This document shows, one piece after another, positions 9,101 to 17,919 of a DNA stretch of 53,082 nt. Under the pieces are notes generated by a model. It worked only from the letters and a program-made list of their open reading frames with translations. It did no database searches and had not been told where the DNA came from. The first letter of the stretch is position 1. Each line of letters opens with the position of its first letter. Origin of the DNA: Candidatus Poseidoniales archaeon (lineage in GTDB: Archaea > Thermoplasmatota > Poseidoniia > Poseidoniales > Poseidoniaceae); NCBI GenBank assembly GCA_003602475.1, contig QQSC01000005.1, positions 10,021 to 63,102 on the forward strand, in the 5' to 3' direction. Made by a program: the position numbers and the translations under genes.

Positions 9101-11939
9101 CAACGTTGATTCTGACGGAGATACACTCCCAGACGGGTGGGAATCCAAAGGGTTGTGTTCTTGGGACCCGAGCCGTCAAGGTGTCAATCCGCTGAACGGT
9201 TCTGACGCTTTCCAGAATCCGGACGGTGACGGATACGATGTCAACCGTGATGGAGTTCTTTCTCCCAACGAGTCGTTTGTGAATTATCTTGAGTACCACC
9301 TTAGGAGCGACCTCTTTTTGGGCAACGCCACCCTTGACGGTGTGACACTTCCTGACGGGTTCAACACCTCGTTGTTCAACAACATCGCTGCTCTTGGAGA
9401 ACCTGAAGCCACCTTTGCCGCCCGCGCTTCCGGCTCGGTCACGGCGGGGTTGTCCTCCTACAGTGTTGGCGCATCAGACCCGCTTAGCGCCGACACCGAT
9501 GAGGATGGGATGCCCGATGGTTGGGAAATCTGGTTTGCACGTTGGGACCTCCTTTCCGATGAATGGACCCTCAACCCCCTTGACGCAGCCGATCGCTGGG
9601 GTGATGCTGATCAAGACGGCATGACGAATTGGGAAGAGTACAACACCGTTGACCGCAACATGAGTGAAACGGATGCGAACCGTTCTTCTCCACAATGGTT
9701 CGTGACCACCATTGGTCAGGCATTTGCCATTCAACAATGGCCGGGAATCCCCACTTCTGATTCGTTTGGTACCTTCTTGACCACGGATCAGTACAACTTG
9801 ACGGGTCCAACCTCCGACCCCAACAACATTGACACTGACGGCGATGGCATGCTTGACGGTGTTGAACTGCTCTTTACTGCGTGGAACAGCTCCGCACGCG
9901 TTTGGACCCTCAATCCACTGGTGCCTGGAGACGGCGACTTTGACGGTGATGAAGATGGTCTAACGGACCGTCAGGAATTCGCCATCGCGATCGCACAACC
10001 TGACAACGGTGAATCTCACCCAAGCGATGCTCCGCTTCTTCACATCGATGGAGATTTGCAGCAGCCCACAGAAAAGGCACAACGGGTGTTTAACATCCTC
10101 ATCTCAAAAGAAACGAGAGGGAAGCGACTGTTGAACGATTTCAACAACTGGCAGCAAGGTGAACCTCCCAACGCCTTCCTTGAGGTTGTGCTGGGAATGA
10201 CCGATCCAACCATCGCCGACACGGACAGTGATGGCATGTACGACGGTTTTGAATACTGGTTCACGTCATGGGATTTGGACGAAAATCGCTGGTCGATGAA
10301 CCCGCTCATCGATAACGATGTCAACCTTGATTCCGATGGTGACAGTTATGATTGCAATCGTGACGGTACCGTCGATGCCAATGAGACGTTCTCAAACCTG
10401 CGTGAATGGGAATCAAGGACATGGGGCAAATACCTCAACAGGGACACGGTTCCTTCTGCTTTGGGGATTGTTGATTTCGGAAAAGACGCCATGAACGCCT
10501 ACGCAGAGGAATTGGGATATTCAGCGTTCCAGGCTCAACTTGCCCTTTACAACGACTTCGTAAGTAAGGGAACATCGTCCATGGACAGGATGATGAAAAT
10601 TAACGAGTTCGACAGTGAAAACTTCAACAGAAGCCTCCGAGGAGTTGCCGACCCAACCCACTCTGATTCCGACAACGATGGCATCCCCGACGGCTGGGAA
10701 TACTGCTATGCCATTTTCGGGATGGACGATGCGTCCACCTTGACCCATTGGGCAGCCAATCCAATCAATCCTTGGGATGTTGGATACGATGGTGACCGAG
10801 ATGGTTGGTACGACCGCACACCCTTTGACATTCCTGCAACGCAGGGTGGATGGGACAATCGAGAATTCACCCCCTCAGGCCAAGTCATCCAGAACGGCGA
10901 GGGAGACCTGCCGTTCACCAACGCCATGGAATTTGACAACGACACGCGACCCGACCTCAACGACAGCGATGGAGACAGCACCACATACATCACGACAACC
11001 ATCAACGGCGTGGTTCAATCCCACCTGAGGGATTACAACTATTCCGATGGCCGTGAAGTGTTCAAATACGGTTCAAACCCGAACGACAACGATACAGACG
11101 GTGACATGCTCCCGGATTGGTACGAATACAAAATGGCGTGGAACGAGAGCAACGACAACTTCAGCTCCTATTTGGCGATACAGGTTGTTTTTATCGATGT
11201 TGGGACCGGAGGTCCCTGCACAGCGACCACCGCCTCATGCTTGCCGTTGTCTCAAGGTGGCGGCGGAACGCTCAGTCGCCCCGACCTTGCCATGGCTTGG
11301 TTCACATTGGATCCTGCAGATCCTGCAGATGCCAATCTTGACCCCGACCAAGACGGAAGATGGGATTGTTCTGGTGCAGGAGGCTGCCTCTACGAATCGT
11401 ACACCAATTTCCAAGAGTTTTACGCCATCACGACAAGCGATTATTCATCTCCAAATTCGGTTCGCTTGAGTGGGTTAACCTATCAGGGGTCCCCTGTAAC
11501 GGAAGGTTGGCAATTCCGTGCTTCGTTGCTCGGTCTCGGCCAGACCAACGAATTGGTCCTCAACTATCTCAAACTTGACAAATACGCCGGCATGGACCGC
11601 CAATACGGATACATCGTTGACGATATGGACAGCGATTTCCTTACTGTTGACACCAGCGACGATGTGGTCCTTATGGCTGGCAATCGCACGGACCAATGGG
11701 ACATCTACTACGCCTCGTCACCGAACACACCACCGATTCGCAACGTTGGTGAACACGAATTTGGATGGTACCTCCTCGACTTTGACAACGATCATCTCGC
11801 CGAAGGCAGCAACCCCATGAATTGGGATACGGACGGCGACTGGATGAACGATTGGTTTGAGGTTCGAGACGATGAGGAGGACGGGGTTCGTGGCGATTCA
11901 TCACCGATTCGTTACGACTCTCGACAAACCAGTGCCTGA
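6186..11939 (+). CDS. Giant secreted acidic protein with >20 DxDxDG (thrombospondin type 3-like, Ca-binding) repeats and a central beta-propeller-like region
   Basis: N-terminal basic + hydrophobic signal. Recurrent D[ST]DxDG[MLI]PDGWE...L[DN]P...DA..DxDxDG..N.EE units. Beta-rich middle (HDIRSLDH..LYVTTRYGVSII, LYVGTDRGMLVV, LWFGTPFGLHKM, LLIGSSWGLWAV). Confidence 0.85.
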   Translation: MRRSQTALLTTIAVVSSLLFMSQFPAISSVANIHPDDTDGSPPPNTDSDGDMIPDVHETLFEEWMNWTAVDGRDVVIKGLDKNNASDAYVDLDRDGLNATEEFCWPYPANCTQPGFPRGLTGELDENNDRVYLDPRLSDTDGDGMPDGYEAYMCQRIGGFDTATLRYLCPSFNPLNASDLTLDGDNDGFDVDRDGIMTLSERFTAPEEYAHGTPDTYTPELDGLWCHATLPEGSSLKVWPYIPTGANATFQNLLPACTSNATFPVGEDLWLGTDPLLDDSDRYNWDGFSVRPLYPSFGDGIPDGWEAHFGLDPLNRSNALLDSDQDGWDANRDGFISADLSRTSTAMTLGEALSTLQEYLVHEDGGNTVYPGLKNTELGTDGDVTVHPLIYDSTENDPSVLHHDIRSLDHSNGDLYVTTRYGVSIIDLTENTSRHSSMVQGVDIMASTLLSADGQSYAMVMATSVGMVVSPLQADGQLAEASDWTWALGPKITAMTVLHGTDGDAQLLGLGHAGAGMVVEVDGAGQLSASHDVGTGIVEALAAANASVTALDHGSAAGTTLTLYVGTDRGMLVVDTPSARDEATGLWRFFYTTESVSITANVDELRPLPLGTTGNPAEVRDLVLEGPSENNAQALWFGTPFGLHKMNLNDGTISHSGLLTHPGVDGQLARESNSIRSIHPTGDELLIGSSWGLWAVAGDYTAVYGVQDQTWIPGDITTVLSVDIDGQTTVFAGSSPGQYANLRLMDPGANDSDADGMPDGWEVVHGLDPTDPWDALYDTDSDGLDLDQNGDMNLERLWTNLDEFRYSASTPQGYNSTDPRVGDTDGDGLTDGSEYFGFFYDVSTLWCHYSVQMEYICGDSAGQAANATYLAVANIDASLDPTNHDSDQDGMPDGWEIEHRRWVGSTFSGGNNWTLDPLRADDASWDADGDGLANLCEYQWSIVRDMAANGDLFESHGEASASAALWSVADPNNVDSDGDTLPDGWESKGLCSWDPSRQGVNPLNGSDAFQNPDGDGYDVNRDGVLSPNESFVNYLEYHLRSDLFLGNATLDGVTLPDGFNTSLFNNIAALGEPEATFAARASGSVTAGLSSYSVGASDPLSADTDEDGMPDGWEIWFARWDLLSDEWTLNPLDAADRWGDADQDGMTNWEEYNTVDRNMSETDANRSSPQWFVTTIGQAFAIQQWPGIPTSDSFGTFLTTDQYNLTGPTSDPNNIDTDGDGMLDGVELLFTAWNSSARVWTLNPLVPGDGDFDGDEDGLTDRQEFAIAIAQPDNGESHPSDAPLLHIDGDLQQPTEKAQRVFNILISKETRGKRLLNDFNNWQQGEPPNAFLEVVLGMTDPTIADTDSDGMYDGFEYWFTSWDLDENRWSMNPLIDNDVNLDSDGDSYDCNRDGTVDANETFSNLREWESRTWGKYLNRDTVPSALGIVDFGKDAMNAYAEELGYSAFQAQLALYNDFVSKGTSSMDRMMKINEFDSENFNRSLRGVADPTHSDSDNDGIPDGWEYCYAIFGMDDASTLTHWAANPINPWDVGYDGDRDGWYDRTPFDIPATQGGWDNREFTPSGQVIQNGEGDLPFTNAMEFDNDTRPDLNDSDGDSTTYITTTINGVVQSHLRDYNYSDGREVFKYGSNPNDNDTDGDMLPDWYEYKMAWNESNDNFSSYLAIQVVFIDVGTGGPCTATTASCLPLSQGGGGTLSRPDLAMAWFTLDPADPADANLDPDQDGRWDCSGAGGCLYESYTNFQEFYAITTSDYSSPNSVRLSGLTYQGSPVTEGWQFRASLLGLGQTNELVLNYLKLDKYAGMDRQYGYIVDDMDSDFLTVDTSDDVVLMAGNRTDQWDIYYASSPNTPPIRNVGEHEFGWYLLDFDNDHLAEGSNPMNWDTDGDWMNDWFEVRDDEEDGVRGDSSPIRYDSRQTSA

Positions 11940-12009
11940 ACTGCGCTGGATCGTTTGACTGTGTCGGCGAACCGCATGGTTCAAAGTCTATGTTGACCCT
12001 GTGTCAGTC

Positions 12010-15000
12010 ATGCAGGGTAGCGTACAGCATGCCAACTCGTCGCGAGGCGTTCTCTTCTTGCTCGTTGGCCTGATGTTCTTCGTTCCACTGACACCACTTG
12101 TGGATCACGTTGTTGAATCGGTTGAGGCTGCCGCCGGCACTCGCCACGTCTACGAATTCCATGACGGTTCGGTCGACTACATCGCCCTGTACCAAGGTGC
12201 AAATCCCGACGCAGGGGCCATGGTCTCCCTTCCGCGAGGTGCCGAAGTCACCGACGTCAGTCTCACGCTCTCAGGTGCTTCGGCCACGGGATGGTCCCAG
12301 AGCGTTGCGGACGACCGAATTCATTGGGTCTCCGGTGAAGAGAGCGCTACGGACGACCGCAGCGATGATTTGACTCTAGGACTCGACAACAGCATGGATC
12401 TCTTTCTCCCTCACGGTCAAGACGCTTATGTTGACACCAATTCCGACGCCTGGCTGGACAACGGTTCCTACGCTCTTCGCCAACCTCACACCTCCAACGC
12501 TACCGAAACCCTGTTTTCTCAACAACTCACGAAAACTTCACCCAGCTTCAGTGGTTCCTCGCAAGGTGCTATTTTGAGCCACCATGACTGGTTGTTCCTT
12601 TCAACATGGACGTCGTCGAGTTTCACCAATGTCGTTCATCGCTTGTACCCAAACAACGCCACACGGGAGAGCATCATCACCCTTGACCAAGGGGATTGCA
12701 CCCTCCCTCAGAAGCATCCATCCTCTTACTCGGCCTACTACGGGTTCCGAGACTGGACCGTGACCGATGACGAACGTTTGTTTGGCATCCTCTCTGGCTA
12801 CAGGACGACCCAATCTTCGGCCTCTGTGAACTATCACCGGGTGATGGAAATGGACATCTCAAGGGACGACACGTGGACTTGCATCGATTCCTACGACGTG
12901 TCGCCATCGGTTGGTGAATACACTGGCATTGCTTATGACCGCAACACGAGTGACGTGTGGATCGCTCACAACGCTATGAATCGCCTCTATTCCTATGATT
13001 TCGCTGGCGATGGAACGGGCAGTTACACCCGGAGTTCAGATTTTTACACCTACCAATCCTCTCAAGGTTCAACGTGGGACTGTGGAGGGACGGACGCCAA
13101 CGGTGGCCGTCAAATGCTCCGTGGATTGGAAGTGAACGGTTCCACGTTTTACATGCGTTGTCAAAAGGACTTCTATTACAACGACAAGGACTCGCTTGAA
13201 GCCTGGTCTGTCTCAGGCTCATCGCAAGCCCTCATCCCTGAGACCACCACACGTCAAATTTCCCGATTGGGCCACGGGCTCCAATTCGATGGTGAGCGCT
13301 TCATCACGGTAGACAGTGGCTACAGCACGTGGTCAAGCACCACGCTGTATTACCGAGAATTTGGAACCGGATGGTTGTACGAAACGACACCTTCTCCAGG
13401 AACACATACTTGGTACGGAGAGGTGGTTCGCACCGCTGAGGATATCGTAGCCGCCAACGTTCAGACGTACTGGTCGGCCGCATCCATTGGAGACAGCGTT
13501 GAATATTGGGTTTCTGCAGACAACGGGACCCATTGGGAGCAAGTGACGTCGAATTCGACCATCCACTTTGATTTCCCCGGTAACGAACTGGTGTGGAAGG
13601 CTCAACTCATCGGCTCAACAGCAGTGTCGTGGTGGGTCGACATTGAATACGCTTCAGATTACGTGACTTCGGGTGACTGGACCTCAACCCCGCTCAACAC
13701 GGGCACCAAGGTTGGCAAAGTACGACCTTCATGGACCGCCGACGTGCCAGCAGGTACCGGCGTTCAGGTCTTGGTCTCGAACGACAACGGAACATCGTGG
13801 TTGGAGGCAACCAACAATGCTGAGACCAGTTTCTCCGCAGAGGCAGCAGGCAACACCCTTCGCTACTCCATTCTAATGACAACAACGGACAGCAGAATTA
13901 CACCGAGCATCGATCGTTTCCTGTTGGAATACGAAGAAGGGTACCCGGACAGGCCAATGATTGATGTTGGCTCCGACGGTACATTCGACTGGGAATCGCT
14001 GATGTTCCTTAACGAATCCAGCGTTGTGGCTACAGACGACTCAGAGGTGGGTGTTGTGGTCCGTCGGGCTCCTACTCTTGTGGATGCGTTCAACGACTTT
14101 GTTCCCGATAACGGTGACGGAATGGTGAACGTGCCGTTGTCCATCAAAGCCGCCACCTCAGGACGAATTAAGCTGTCCAACATCGACGTGACCTACGCCA
14201 TGCAAACACGTGCACTTGACGCCACCTTTGAGGGAAGTCGTGCCTCTCCAGATGGCATGTATCGCAATTTCATCACCCGTGTGGCTCCCGGTGATGACGT
14301 TGATTACGTCACTCAAGCCACGGTGTTTATCGACCACACTTACGGGGAAAACCCTGGTTTCACTTGGGAGCGTGGTGACAGCTGTTCTTCAGTCAACGAT
14401 GGTGGTGGAATTGTGCTCTTTGACACCGCCAATTGCACCTCCATGACCGACAGCAACGGCATCGTTTCCATTTGGATGCCGACCAAAGTTAACTGGAGTT
14501 GGAACGATCAACCGGATACTGAAGCGATCATCAGCGTCCAAGACGACCTTGGAATGGCCGTAAACGCATGGACCACCAGCGACATGGATTTGGTGATTGA
14601 AAACGATATTCAACTGGACGGCCTTCGAGTCTGGGAAGAAACCGGACGTCAACTCTACCCCATGGATTGGGTCCGAGGTGGGTTTAACCTGAGTTTCACC
14701 GGGAGAATGGTCTTCCAAGATTCACAACTCATGCCTCCGTCAGGAACCTTTGACCTCCAAATACTGGGTCAAAACGTGACCTTTGACGGTGATGCCATAG
14801 GCGAACCAGAATTGCTCTATCAAGAAGCAAATCCGGCGTTTGGAGATTACAACATCACGTTCATGTCACCCATTGAATCAACACCTGGTGGCATGGTGTT
14901 CTATGTACAAGCGGTCAACCTGGAAAACGGTTCCACCTACACAAACCCCAACTACAACACAATTCGACTTATTTTGGACGGTAATTCGCCTTTGGTGCTC

Positions 15001-17430
15001 GCAGCGACACCCGCCGACGGTGATGAACGCCACGTCGGTGCTGAAGGTGCAGGTCAACCCCTCTCAATCGTCGTTCAAGACACGGTGGACCCCCCCAACC
15101 AGATCAACCTCCATTACTGGGTTGGATGCAATCCGAGTGAAGCCATTGGATGCCACGATTACAACTTTGATGGTTTGCCCAATGAAGACGAGTACGAGAT
15201 GACCACGCTGTCCTCTCCCGAGAGGAGGGCTGGAGGTTTGAACATCTTTGACGGATTGGTCGATGATTCCATGCTGCTTCACAAGCAAAAAGTTTCGTTC
15301 TATGTCTCCGGGTCGGACGGTCAAGACAACGAGATTGCCATGGGCCGGGGTCCGGTTTGCCCCCCCAGCACAATCGCCTGCGGGTACCGCCCAGGTGAGA
15401 CGCTTCCTGACTGGTCAGCTGACTTGGTGACGTATTTTATTCGACAAGAATTTGAGCCCACCATCGATCTCGGCAATTCCACCATCATCGGTCACGATGA
15501 CAACGCACCACTCCACCCAAGTGTCCCCTACACCGTTCAGGTGAAACTCATTGACCAAAACGGTTGGAAGGACATTGAAACGGTACAGATTGCTCTTGGT
15601 GGCGACTTTGCAGACGAAGAATCCTCCATGTTCGTGACCCTTGCAGCTGATGAAAACGGCTTGCCTCAAGCGGTCATGGCTTCCGGCAGCGACAACATCG
15701 CCGTCTCCAATCTGTACTCTACGGTGGAACTTGAAGAAAACGACGACACCGTTGTGTTGATACAGGCCCGCTTCCAATTGACTTGGATGTTCCCAGAATC
15801 CTTTGACACCAACGGAGACAGCACCTTCATTCCCAAAGTTAGGGTCACGGATCAACCCTGCAATGAAGGTGAAGTGATCCCATGTTTCGTTGTGGATGAA
15901 GGATTGGGTGACGACCACTGGAGCCTTGACAATGATTTCAGATTTGATGTTGAGCAAGGGCACATTCGGGCGATAGAATTACGCAACAGCGTGAACCATT
16001 ACACCTCGGAAAATTACGAGTCCATCATTGGAGCAGGTCAAGCCCTACGTGTAACGGGTCGTGTGCTGTTCTCGGAAACCGAAACTCCCGCTCCTGCTGG
16101 TGCGTTTGACGTGGTGTTTGGTGATTATGAGAACAACTGGCGGACCTCCACAAGAGACGATGGCGAGTTCTCCCTTGACCTCCTGGTGCCAGCCGTTCGG
16201 TCTGGGCGTCTTGACTTGCGCCTCAACATGGATGACCTTCCAGGATTGGCACTCGATGAATCTGAATTCCAGCCACGACTTCGACTCGCAGTTGACAACG
16301 ACCGTCCCACCATTGACAGCATCTCCCTCAGCGGTGTTGTTGAGGGCCAGCCTCTTCCCATTGGTCAGGCATCAAATCTTGAAGTGATCCTCATCACCAA
16401 CGATGAAAATGGATTTGATTTGACCGAGCCAGCCGTTTTGCATTATCGTGTCAAGGCCGGAGAATCTGAGATTTCACGTGGCAGTGTGTTGCTCCCCGAC
16501 ATCACACCGTTCGGTCAACAATTTTTCTGGAGCGGCGTGTTGGACTTGACCGATTCAGGAGCCACCACCTTGCTCCCGACATACATCGTCGACGTTTGGG
16601 TCTCGGGGTCGGATGAAGCAGGCAATCCATACGATACCACCTCAAACACCATGGAAAGCGCCTTTGCTTCCTGGCCTCTTTCCTTAACGGGTCCTCGTGT
16701 TGATCTTCAAGACAGCAGCACCGTCCTTTCTTGGGATACACCGAGTCCCTACCAGGGCGATTCGGCCACCATGAACATTCAAACCGACAACCTCGGAGGT
16801 AACGGGCGCGTTGCCTTTGCGCTTCAACGCCTCACAAGCGGTGGGTTTTGGGCTACAGAAGCCAACGTCAGCGTCGATACTCGGACAGGAGAAACCGTGA
16901 GAACGAGTCTATCGGTTCTACCGGATGCAGACATCGGTGATGCAGTGGAATACCGAGTCATCGTGCTGGTCGACGATGTAGAAATGGACCGACAAGTCGT
17001 TCCGTCGCTGTTGGTGAAAGCAGAGACTGTCCGAGACGGAGAAGCACTCTCTCAGCAACTTTCAGAAGACGTGTTCAGTGTTACGTTGTTCCTGGTGGCC
17101 TTGGGTTCGGTCTCCTTCGGAATGTATGCCCTTGTGATGCGCCGTCGTTTACTGGCTCCACCCTCTGAGGAAGAGTTGGTTGACCAAACCGAGGATGTGG
17201 TTGAAGAAATGAACGCCGAGAAGACCGTTCCGACCATCGCTGCGGCAGCACCTCATGCGCCCGCTAACAACGCTCCAGCCACCCCTTCCATGACTGCTCA
17301 GCCTCCTGCTCCAACAGGAAATCGTCAGCAAGCACCGCCCGTTCCACCGACCGGATTACCAGACGGATGGACCGAACAACAGTGGGCTTCTTACGGATGG
17401 CAATACATTGACGCTCTTTCGGGGAAGTGA
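12010..17430 (+). CDS. Giant single-pass cell-surface protein (~1800 aa) with C-terminal TM helix and Pro-rich tail
   Basis: Signal-like N-terminus (RGVLFLLVGLMFFVPL). Beta-rich ectodomain with two Asp-box-like motifs (SADNGTHW, SNDNGTSW). TM VFSVTLFLVALGSVSFGMYALVM followed by RRR. Alternative start GTG 12001. Confidence 0.85.
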   Translation: MQGSVQHANSSRGVLFLLVGLMFFVPLTPLVDHVVESVEAAAGTRHVYEFHDGSVDYIALYQGANPDAGAMVSLPRGAEVTDVSLTLSGASATGWSQSVADDRIHWVSGEESATDDRSDDLTLGLDNSMDLFLPHGQDAYVDTNSDAWLDNGSYALRQPHTSNATETLFSQQLTKTSPSFSGSSQGAILSHHDWLFLSTWTSSSFTNVVHRLYPNNATRESIITLDQGDCTLPQKHPSSYSAYYGFRDWTVTDDERLFGILSGYRTTQSSASVNYHRVMEMDISRDDTWTCIDSYDVSPSVGEYTGIAYDRNTSDVWIAHNAMNRLYSYDFAGDGTGSYTRSSDFYTYQSSQGSTWDCGGTDANGGRQMLRGLEVNGSTFYMRCQKDFYYNDKDSLEAWSVSGSSQALIPETTTRQISRLGHGLQFDGERFITVDSGYSTWSSTTLYYREFGTGWLYETTPSPGTHTWYGEVVRTAEDIVAANVQTYWSAASIGDSVEYWVSADNGTHWEQVTSNSTIHFDFPGNELVWKAQLIGSTAVSWWVDIEYASDYVTSGDWTSTPLNTGTKVGKVRPSWTADVPAGTGVQVLVSNDNGTSWLEATNNAETSFSAEAAGNTLRYSILMTTTDSRITPSIDRFLLEYEEGYPDRPMIDVGSDGTFDWESLMFLNESSVVATDDSEVGVVVRRAPTLVDAFNDFVPDNGDGMVNVPLSIKAATSGRIKLSNIDVTYAMQTRALDATFEGSRASPDGMYRNFITRVAPGDDVDYVTQATVFIDHTYGENPGFTWERGDSCSSVNDGGGIVLFDTANCTSMTDSNGIVSIWMPTKVNWSWNDQPDTEAIISVQDDLGMAVNAWTTSDMDLVIENDIQLDGLRVWEETGRQLYPMDWVRGGFNLSFTGRMVFQDSQLMPPSGTFDLQILGQNVTFDGDAIGEPELLYQEANPAFGDYNITFMSPIESTPGGMVFYVQAVNLENGSTYTNPNYNTIRLILDGNSPLVLAATPADGDERHVGAEGAGQPLSIVVQDTVDPPNQINLHYWVGCNPSEAIGCHDYNFDGLPNEDEYEMTTLSSPERRAGGLNIFDGLVDDSMLLHKQKVSFYVSGSDGQDNEIAMGRGPVCPPSTIACGYRPGETLPDWSADLVTYFIRQEFEPTIDLGNSTIIGHDDNAPLHPSVPYTVQVKLIDQNGWKDIETVQIALGGDFADEESSMFVTLAADENGLPQAVMASGSDNIAVSNLYSTVELEENDDTVVLIQARFQLTWMFPESFDTNGDSTFIPKVRVTDQPCNEGEVIPCFVVDEGLGDDHWSLDNDFRFDVEQGHIRAIELRNSVNHYTSENYESIIGAGQALRVTGRVLFSETETPAPAGAFDVVFGDYENNWRTSTRDDGEFSLDLLVPAVRSGRLDLRLNMDDLPGLALDESEFQPRLRLAVDNDRPTIDSISLSGVVEGQPLPIGQASNLEVILITNDENGFDLTEPAVLHYRVKAGESEISRGSVLLPDITPFGQQFFWSGVLDLTDSGATTLLPTYIVDVWVSGSDEAGNPYDTTSNTMESAFASWPLSLTGPRVDLQDSSTVLSWDTPSPYQGDSATMNIQTDNLGGNGRVAFALQRLTSGGFWATEANVSVDTRTGETVRTSLSVLPDADIGDAVEYRVIVLVDDVEMDRQVVPSLLVKAETVRDGEALSQQLSEDVFSVTLFLVALGSVSFGMYALVMRRRLLAPPSEEELVDQTEDVVEEMNAEKTVPTIAAAAPHAPANNAPATPSMTAQPPAPTGNRQQAPPVPPTGLPDGWTEQQWASYGWQYIDALSGK

Positions 17431-17882
17431 ACACGTTGACGGCCGATGAATCGGTGACCGATGGCCTGGTGACCTTACAGGAACGGACGGTTAATCTGAT
17501 CAACCAACTCACCATGCCGGTGGTCGAAGTGGCTTTGGTGCTTCAGAAACACATCAACGCCCTCATGAACACCCTCACGGAACACGTGAGCCTCCAGGGC
17601 GGTGTTCTTCCGAACAATGTGGCCGAACCTTGGCCATTGGAGAGCGGTTTGATCGAGAGCAAGGCCACTTTTTCTCTCGACAAGGTGATGGACATCGTTG
17701 ACGAACAACGAATGGACATCCTTGATACCTTGATTCGGGTGACCCTGGTTGAAATCAACATCAACGTGCTGGAAGCCGTGTTGGCCCTTCGCTCATGGGA
17801 GCATTTGGTTCGCACTCAACTGGCTGCAGCCACCGGACCGGGTCAATTGTTTTCCCCATTGGTCATCCCCGAGGACTGGTAG
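17427..17882 (+). CDS. Hypothetical helical protein
   Basis: 151-aa ORF with GTGA overlap on the upstream stop; no recognisable motif. Confidence 0.7.
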   Translation: MNTLTADESVTDGLVTLQERTVNLINQLTMPVVEVALVLQKHINALMNTLTEHVSLQGGVLPNNVAEPWPLESGLIESKATFSLDKVMDIVDEQRMDILDTLIRVTLVEININVLEAVLALRSWEHLVRTQLAAATGPGQLFSPLVIPEDW

Positions 17883-17890
17883 GGCGTGGA

Positions 17891-17898
17891 TTGAAAAA
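17891..17898 (+). promoter_or_regulatory. TATA-like element TTGAAAAA, 29 nt upstream of ATG 17920
   Basis: The same 9-mer (TTGAAAAAC) occurs at the same spacing before ATG 43170. Confidence 0.6.
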
Positions 17899-17919
17899 CC
17901 ACCAACTCGAGGTCCAACC

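Noticed and set aside
17335-17430. Calling the shared tail a WW domain or PGF-CTERM signal
   Set aside because: Only LPxGW matches WW; the central aromatic pair and terminal W..P spacing are missing. It lies after the TM helix, unlike sortase or archaeosortase signals.
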